Source: an uncultured Tenacibaculum sp. (GTDB taxonomy: Bacteria; Bacteroidota; Bacteroidia; Flavobacteriales; Flavobacteriaceae). From it: a DNA stretch of 64,000 bases. How positions within the stretch are numbered: position 1 is the stretch's first letter; every line of letters begins with the position of its first letter. The translations under genes were made by a program, and so were the position numbers. The stretch is from the NCBI GenBank assembly GCA_964021635.1, contig CAXHZZ010000001.1, positions 12,762-76,761 on the forward strand, given 5' to 3'. The notes below the pieces were generated by a model. It was not told the DNA's origin. It worked only from the letters and a program-made list of their open reading frames with translations, and did no database searches. Positions 58,214 to 64,000 of the stretch are shown here, piece after piece.

Positions 58214-59158
58214 CTACAGCGCTTTTGCTCCTTTGTCGAATTGAAAACCGTTTAATAAACTTTTAGCATCCATTAATTTTTTACCGGAAATCTTAATTTG
58301 GTCAACAATAAGAAAACCATCTTTTACGGCAATTTTTAATTCCTTTTTAGAAGTAATAATTATTCCGTTTGTAAAATCATGCTCAGAAAATTCTTTTGTC
58401 ACGCCATATATTTTTGCTGAAATTTCTTCATCACCATTTTTAATGGTTGTCCAGGCAGCAGGGTAAGGGTTTAAACCACGAATATGGTTGTAAACATCGT
58501 TTAAAGATTTAGACCAATTTATTTTACAATTATGAGGAAACAGTTTATGAGCAGGTTTTTCTTCTAATTCGGGCTGTTTTGTAGTGTTTACATCTCCCGT
58601 AGCAATTAAATCGAGTGTTTCGGCAACCAAATTGGCACCTAAATACATTAATCGATTATGTAATTGACCAACAATTTCATCTTCTTTAATAGTTACCTCT
58701 TTTTGTAAGATAATTTCACCAGTATCAATTTTATCATCAATAAAAAAAGTAGTAACACCTGTTTTGGTTTCACCATTTATAAGTGCCCAGTTAATTGGTG
58801 CAGCTCCCCGGTATTCTGGCAGTAAAGAAGCGTGTAAGTTAAAAGTACCATATTCCGGCATTGCCCAAACAGCTTTTGGTAACATTCTAAAAGCAACCAC
58901 TATTTGTAAATTAGCATTCCAATCTTTTAAAGCATTTTGAAATTCTTCACTCTTTAAATTGGTAGGTTGAAGAATAGGTAGGTTTTGAGACAGCGCATAT
59001 TTTTTTACAGCAGATTGATTTAGCTTACGACCTCTACCAGCAGGTTTATCAGCAGCTGTAATTACACCAACTACATTATAATCATTTTCGATAAGATGTT
59101 GTAATATGGTCACTGCAAAATCGGGTGTTCCCATAAAAACAATGCGTAAATCTCTCAT
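58214..59158 (-). CDS. fmt: Methionyl-tRNA formyltransferase
   Basis: IVFMGTPDFA, DKPAGRG, NLHASLLPEYRGAAPI, DTGEI. Confidence 0.97.
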   Translation of the reverse strand: MRDLRIVFMGTPDFAVTILQHLIENDYNVVGVITAADKPAGRGRKLNQSAVKKYALSQNLPILQPTNLKSEEFQNALKDWNANLQIVVAFRMLPKAVWAMPEYGTFNLHASLLPEYRGAAPINWALINGETKTGVTTFFIDDKIDTGEIILQKEVTIKEDEIVGQLHNRLMYLGANLVAETLDLIATGDVNTTKQPELEEKPAHKLFPHNCKINWSKSLNDVYNHIRGLNPYPAAWTTIKNGDEEISAKIYGVTKEFSEHDFTNGIIITSKKELKIAVKDGFLIVDQIKISGKKLMDAKSLLNGFQFDKGAKAL

Positions 59159-61042
59159 TTATAAAAAGTATTTATTGTTAGTAACGTTTATTTTTTCTTC
59201 GGATAATAACGCTCGCAAAAGTATTAAAATGTTTGCTTCTTTTTCGTTTAGATACATACTGATTTCGTAAACTGTTAGAGCTTTATGATTTTTTAATAAA
59301 TTAAGAATAGCAAGTGGTTTTATAACAACAGTTTGTTTTTTTTGTAAGCAAACATCGCAAATTCCACACTCTTTGCTAGTAATTTCATTAAAGTAATTTA
59401 ATAACTGTACACTTCTGCAAACTTCATTGTTTTTAATAAAGGCTAGTAAATCATCATTTTTTTGCTTTTTCTGGGCTAAATACAAACGGATGTTTTTAGA
59501 AACGCGATTTACGGTTGTATCATCTTCTCTAGGATGTAAAAAAAATAATTCTGAATTATTTGTTGCTTGATTATATTCAAGCATTTCTTTTTCAGCCATT
59601 CGTTCTAATTCCTCAATAACATGCCAAGAAGTAATACCTACTTTTTTAGCGATATAAAACTCATCAATTTTCACTAGGTTTTCAAAAACTCCACCATATA
59701 AGCGTAACAATGTTTGTACAAAGTTTTTTGAAGACGGATTTTGCTGAGAATATAATAACACTTGTTTACTTGAAACAGAAAATTGAATGGTAGATTTTTG
59801 TTGAAAATTAGAGTTTAATTCTATGATTCCGTTACTATTTAATATTTGTAAAGCGTTGTAGGTTTTATTAGCAATTAACTTGTATTTACTACAAAATTCT
59901 AAAAAGTTAAAATCGAAAGCAGTTTCGATAAGTTCTCCTTTGGCAATTTGAAAATGTTGATATAACTTTCGATGCACCAATTTTATATCTTCAATAACAG
60001 GTAGCGATTTTTCTAATAACTCTTTACTAAGTTTAATATCGTTATCATTTGTTAAAACAACCGAAAAAGCTTTGTTACCATCTCGTCCGCCACGGCCAGC
60101 TTCTTGAATATAATTCTCTAAAGATCCAGGAAGGTTTAAGTGAATAACAACCCGAACATTGGGTTTGTCTATTCCCATACCAAAAGCATTTGTAGCAACA
60201 ATAATTGGTGTTTTTTCGGTCATCCAACTATCAAAAGAAAGTTGTTTTTCTAAACTTGTTAATCCGCCGTGATAAAAAGTACTTTTAAAACCGTTAGCAT
60301 TTAAATAAGCACAGATTTCTTTAGTTTTAACTCTAGAGTTTACATAAACAATTGCTGGAGCTTTCGTTTTAGTAAAAATCTGATGTAGTTTACGGAGTTT
60401 ATCATCCGTTTTAAAAATTTGATACGCTAGATTTTCTCTATAAAAAGACTTTTTAAAAATCGTAGGATTTTCTAGATCTAAAGAAACTATAATATCATTA
60501 ATAACTTTTTGGGTTGCTGTTGCCGTTAAAGCAATAATATTTGTTGTTGGATGGAGTTCTTTTAAAAAGGCAATATGCTGATAAGAAGGACGAAAATCGT
60601 GTCCCCATTCAGAAATACAATGTGCTTCATCAATAGCAATTACATTTACATCTAATTGTTTTATTTTTTCTTGAATAAAACGAGATTGTAAGCGCTCGGG
60701 AGAAACATATAAAAACTTTATTTTTCCGAAACGGATATTATCAAAAAGAGTAATAATTTCATCTTGTGAGCTTCCCGAAGGAATTACGGTAGCTTTTATG
60801 CCTTTAGCAACAAGACTTTCTACTTGGTCTTGCATTAATGCGATTAATGGCGAAATAACAATACAAACACCATTATTTATTAAAGCGGGAATTTGAAAAC
60901 AAATAGATTTACCACCACCAGTAGGTAATAAAGCAATGGTATCTTTTTTCTCTAATACTGCAGCTATAATTTCTTGCTGAGGAGTTCTAAAAGAACTATG
61001 ACCCCAGTAATGTTTTAATATGTTTGTACATTCTTCATACAT
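59159..61042 (-). CDS. recQ: RecQ family ATP-dependent DNA helicase
   Basis: PTGGGKS, DEAHCISEWGHDFRP, TATAT, AFGMGIDK, QEAGRGGRDG, Zn site CR...CGICDVC; Bacteroidetes second-RecQ type with insertion. Confidence 0.9.
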   Translation of the reverse strand: MYEECTNILKHYWGHSSFRTPQQEIIAAVLEKKDTIALLPTGGGKSICFQIPALINNGVCIVISPLIALMQDQVESLVAKGIKATVIPSGSSQDEIITLFDNIRFGKIKFLYVSPERLQSRFIQEKIKQLDVNVIAIDEAHCISEWGHDFRPSYQHIAFLKELHPTTNIIALTATATQKVINDIIVSLDLENPTIFKKSFYRENLAYQIFKTDDKLRKLHQIFTKTKAPAIVYVNSRVKTKEICAYLNANGFKSTFYHGGLTSLEKQLSFDSWMTEKTPIIVATNAFGMGIDKPNVRVVIHLNLPGSLENYIQEAGRGGRDGNKAFSVVLTNDNDIKLSKELLEKSLPVIEDIKLVHRKLYQHFQIAKGELIETAFDFNFLEFCSKYKLIANKTYNALQILNSNGIIELNSNFQQKSTIQFSVSSKQVLLYSQQNPSSKNFVQTLLRLYGGVFENLVKIDEFYIAKKVGITSWHVIEELERMAEKEMLEYNQATNNSELFFLHPREDDTTVNRVSKNIRLYLAQKKQKNDDLLAFIKNNEVCRSVQLLNYFNEITSKECGICDVCLQKKQTVVIKPLAILNLLKNHKALTVYEISMYLNEKEANILILLRALLSEEKINVTNNKYFL

Positions 61043-61046
61043 CGTT

Positions 61047-61577
61047 TTATAACGATTGTAAAATAAAATCGCAGCGTTTTTTTATGGTATCAAAAGGAAC
61101 ATCTATAATTTCATATCCTATTTCTTTATAGGCAGCTTTTAAATAACTGTCAATCTCTACAGCTTGTTCGTAGGTTTCGTAGCGCTCGTTGTCCGATTTA
61201 TAAATTTTCTCCCAAGGAGCACACATAAACACTTTTGTATATAAATATTTATTGCTTTTTTCTTTATAGATAGGCGGATATTCACTTGCTAAATAATTCA
61301 TATATGCGTGTACATCAGGAATCCCTCTATCAAAAAACACAATATCATCAGAGCATTTATCAGCTTCTAAATATTGCTGTTCTCTACCTTCTAATAGCAT
61401 TTGACTAAAAAGTAAAGGTTGTTCTAAAAACAATTGATCTATTCCTTCTTTTTGAGCTTTTAATGTAACTTCTCTCGAAATTTCTGGCATACAATTATAC
61501 CCACGCTTTATAAACTCTCTTAAAATTGAAGATTTACCGGTTCCGGGTCCTCCTATTAAAACTATTTTTTGTTGCAT
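61047..61577 (-). CDS. AAA_28/NadR-like P-loop ATPase or kinase
   Basis: GGPGTGKS, FFDRGIPD, PW..IY..DNERYE. Confidence 0.85.
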   Translation of the reverse strand: MQQKIVLIGGPGTGKSSILREFIKRGYNCMPEISREVTLKAQKEGIDQLFLEQPLLFSQMLLEGREQQYLEADKCSDDIVFFDRGIPDVHAYMNYLASEYPPIYKEKSNKYLYTKVFMCAPWEKIYKSDNERYETYEQAVEIDSYLKAAYKEIGYEIIDVPFDTIKKRCDFILQSL

Positions 61578-61581
61578 GGTG

Positions 61582-61629
61582 CAAAAATATAAGTTTCAAA
61601 TTATAAATGTAATAAATAGTGTAATTTTG
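61582..61629. promoter_or_regulatory. Divergent promoters
   Basis: TATTTTTG (minus, 61582-61589) and TAATTTTG (plus, 61622-61629). Confidence 0.65.
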
Positions 61630-61695
61630 TCATTCATTTTTATAATTATCTTATATCAACGATAATTATTATTAGAAAAAGTTTAATAAAGCATT

Positions 61696-61977
61696 ATGTC
61701 AGATAGAGAAGCATTTTATATCAAGTTAAAAGGTCAGTTAGAAGATACAACAACATTCCCTAGTAAATATTTATATAAATTTATTGTACCAACAGATGGA
61801 AATCAGGTAGAAGAAGTAAAAAACTTATTTAATAAAGGTGGTGCAGTTATTGAAACAAAAAAATCGAAAACAGGTAAATATAATAGTGTTTCTATTTATT
61901 TGAATGTGAAAAATGCTGAGGAAGTAATTGCTTATTATAAAAAAGCAGATGTAATAAAAGGAATAATTTCTTTATAA
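61696..61977 (+). CDS. DUF493 (YbeD-like) protein
   Basis: FPSKYLYKFIV...SKTGKYNSVSI...IISL. Confidence 0.88.
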   Translation: MSDREAFYIKLKGQLEDTTTFPSKYLYKFIVPTDGNQVEEVKNLFNKGGAVIETKKSKTGKYNSVSIYLNVKNAEEVIAYYKKADVIKGIISL

Positions 61978-63582
61978 ATGACTAGGTTTTTTTCATATTT
62001 TTTAATTTTTACTATAATTGGCAATTCTTATGCTCAAAAAGATAAAGAGTTGTTTCGTATTAATAATTCGACTGTAATGGTTTCAGAATTTAAACAAGTA
62101 TATGAGAAAAACTTAGGAATTATAGTTGATGAAGAATCTAAAAGTATAGATAATTACCTAGAGCTCTATATTAATTATAAACTAAAAGTTAAGGAAGCTT
62201 ATAATTTAAAATTAGATACTTTAAAAAGTTACAAAAGAGAATTAGAAGTTTATAAAAATCAGTTAATAGCTCCTTATTTACTAGATGAAGCATTTTTATC
62301 AAAACTAATAAAAGATGCTTATTTTCGTACAAAAAACGAAGTTAAAGCAAGCCATATATTAATTAAATTTCCTAAGAAAGGTATCAAATATGATACATTA
62401 GTATTTTATAAAAGAATTGAAGAAATTAGAAATAGGATTTTAAACGGAGAATCTTTTGATGAAGTAGCAAAAGAAGTTTCAGAAGATCCTTCAGCTAAGA
62501 TTAATAGAGGTGATTTAGGTTATTTTTCTGCGTTTTCGATGGTGTATCCGTTTGAAGAGGCAGCTTATACAACTCCTTTAAATCAAGTTTCTAAGCCTTT
62601 TAAATCAAAATATGGCTACCATATCTTAAAAGTTACTGGGAAAAGACTTTCTAAAGGATCGTTTGATGTTGCTCATATTTTAATAAAAAACGCAGGTAAT
62701 AGTAAAGAAAAGATAGATTCACTTTATCAAAAACTTAAATCAGGTAGTTCTTTTAATGAGGTTGCTAAAAAATACTCTGAAGACAAGGCAACTGCTTTTT
62801 TAGGTGGTAATTTACCTAAGTTTGGTACAGGAGAGATGGTATCGGTTTTTGAAAACAAAGTTTTAGGTATTAAAAATATAGGTGATTATACAAAACCTTT
62901 TAAAACCAAGTTTGGTTGGCATATTGTTAAACTCCTAAAAAAATATCCGATAGGTTCTTATAATGATTTAAAAGAAGAGTTGACAAAAAAAGTTAGAAAC
63001 TCTAGCAGAGTGTCTTTATCAAAAAGAATTGTGTTAAATAAGCTTAAAAAAAGGTACAAAATAAAAGAATCAACAAAAGCATTTTCTATTTTTTTATCAT
63101 CAAAAAATAAGGAACTAAATAAAGAAAAACTAACTAGTGTTTTGTTAACGATTAATAAAAAGAAAATTTTTCAAAAATCGTTTTATTATTATCGTAAAAA
63201 AAATAAAAAATTACCAATAAAAACAGTTTATGAAAATTTTATAAACTATGAAGTTTTAACGTATTTTAAAAATAAGTTATTAGATACAAATCTAGAGTTT
63301 AAACACGCTTTTTTAGAGTACAAAGAAGGATTGCTTTTATTTGAATTATTGCAGAAAAAAATATGGAATAAATCTTTAAATGATACTGATGAATTAAAGA
63401 CGTTTTACAATTCGAATAAATCAAAATATAAAAACAAACCATTTACAGAAGTAAGAGGATATGTAATTACTGATTATCAAAAACAGCTAGAAGCAGACTG
63501 GGTAAAAGAGCTAAGAGAAAAAAATAAAATAGAAATAAAAGTAAAAGAATTAAATAAGTTTAAGAAAATATACAATCAATAA
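61978..63582 (+). CDS. Periplasmic parvulin-type peptidylprolyl isomerase (SurA/PpiD-like)
   Basis: Signal peptide; two rotamase domains (ASHILI...SEDPS...GDLGYF...YGYHI; AHILI...GGNLP...FGWHIV). Confidence 0.92.
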   Translation: MTRFFSYFLIFTIIGNSYAQKDKELFRINNSTVMVSEFKQVYEKNLGIIVDEESKSIDNYLELYINYKLKVKEAYNLKLDTLKSYKRELEVYKNQLIAPYLLDEAFLSKLIKDAYFRTKNEVKASHILIKFPKKGIKYDTLVFYKRIEEIRNRILNGESFDEVAKEVSEDPSAKINRGDLGYFSAFSMVYPFEEAAYTTPLNQVSKPFKSKYGYHILKVTGKRLSKGSFDVAHILIKNAGNSKEKIDSLYQKLKSGSSFNEVAKKYSEDKATAFLGGNLPKFGTGEMVSVFENKVLGIKNIGDYTKPFKTKFGWHIVKLLKKYPIGSYNDLKEELTKKVRNSSRVSLSKRIVLNKLKKRYKIKESTKAFSIFLSSKNKELNKEKLTSVLLTINKKKIFQKSFYYYRKKNKKLPIKTVYENFINYEVLTYFKNKLLDTNLEFKHAFLEYKEGLLLFELLQKKIWNKSLNDTDELKTFYNSNKSKYKNKPFTEVRGYVITDYQKQLEADWVKELREKNKIEIKVKELNKFKKIYNQ

Positions 63583-63585
63583 AAA

Positions 63586-64000
63586 GTGAAAAAAATAATC
63601 CTTTTATTAATAGTAATACTTTGTGTTTCTTGTGATTTTATTAGTTTAAAAACTAAAAGAGTCGAACAGCATAGGCCTATTGCTACCGTTTATAATAAAA
63701 ATCTATATAAAAAAGATATAGCCGATTTAATACCTAAAGGTATTACCAAAAAAGATAGCTTGGTAATTGTAAAAGGGCTTATAAGTTCTTGGGCAAAAAA
63801 AGAATTATTACTAGCAAAGGCAGAAGAAAATATATCTGGAGTTAATAGTAGTAAAATTGAAAATTTAGTAAATAATTATAAGAAGAGCTTATATATAAAT
63901 GGCTATAAAGAGCGCTTGATAAAACAGCAATTAGATACCGTTGTAAATCATGAAGAAATAGAAGTGTATTATCAAAAAAATAAAGAAAATTTTAAGTTAA
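63586..64000 (+). CDS. Lipoprotein of the SurA/PPIase-associated cluster, 3'-truncated (not in the ORF track)
   Basis: GTG start; MKKIILLLIVILCVSC lipobox, then PIATVYNKNLYKKDI...DSLVIV...WAKKELLLAKAEEN; open to the window end. Confidence 0.85.
   Translation, partial: MKKIILLLIVILCVSCDFISLKTKRVEQHRPIATVYNKNLYKKDIADLIPKGITKKDSLVIVKGLISSWAKKELLLAKAEENISGVNSSKIENLVNNYKKSLYINGYKERLIKQQLDTVVNHEEIEVYYQKNKENFKL

Overview
Low-GC chromosomal segment from a Bacteroidota bacterium of the Flavobacteriaceae (Polaribacter/Tenacibaculum-like; inferred from gene content, TAnnTTTG promoters and T9SS genes). Most of it is housekeeping: carB (5'-truncated), a MarR-RND-TolC efflux operon, GlmU-like protein, an ECF sigma/FecR/TonB-receptor module, coaD, ddl, rluD, cmk, rluF, tgt, LptF/G, accA, queE, HerA-like ATPase, RlmL-like methyltransferase, HU, fmt, recQ and PPIases. 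The centre is a 23.6 kb gliding-motility operon, sprC-sprD-sprB-sprF (20993-44580). The operon type is already known, but its 6175-aa SprB has unusual internal structure. It is built from two arrays of 7-domain super-repeats. Each array holds a pair of essentially identical ~1.5 kb direct repeats at in-frame spacings (1788 and 2004 bp). SprB also carries a lectin-like domain inserted into one repeat, a DUF11-like domain and an in-frame (GGAAAT)7 VNTR. A shared C-rich leader motif precedes sprC and sprB. The best candidate for something new is this recombination-prone, length-variable adhesin plus its possible cis element. No tRNA, rRNA, CRISPR, IS element, prophage or reverse transcriptase was seen. 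All assignments come from reading motifs by eye; no database searches were run.
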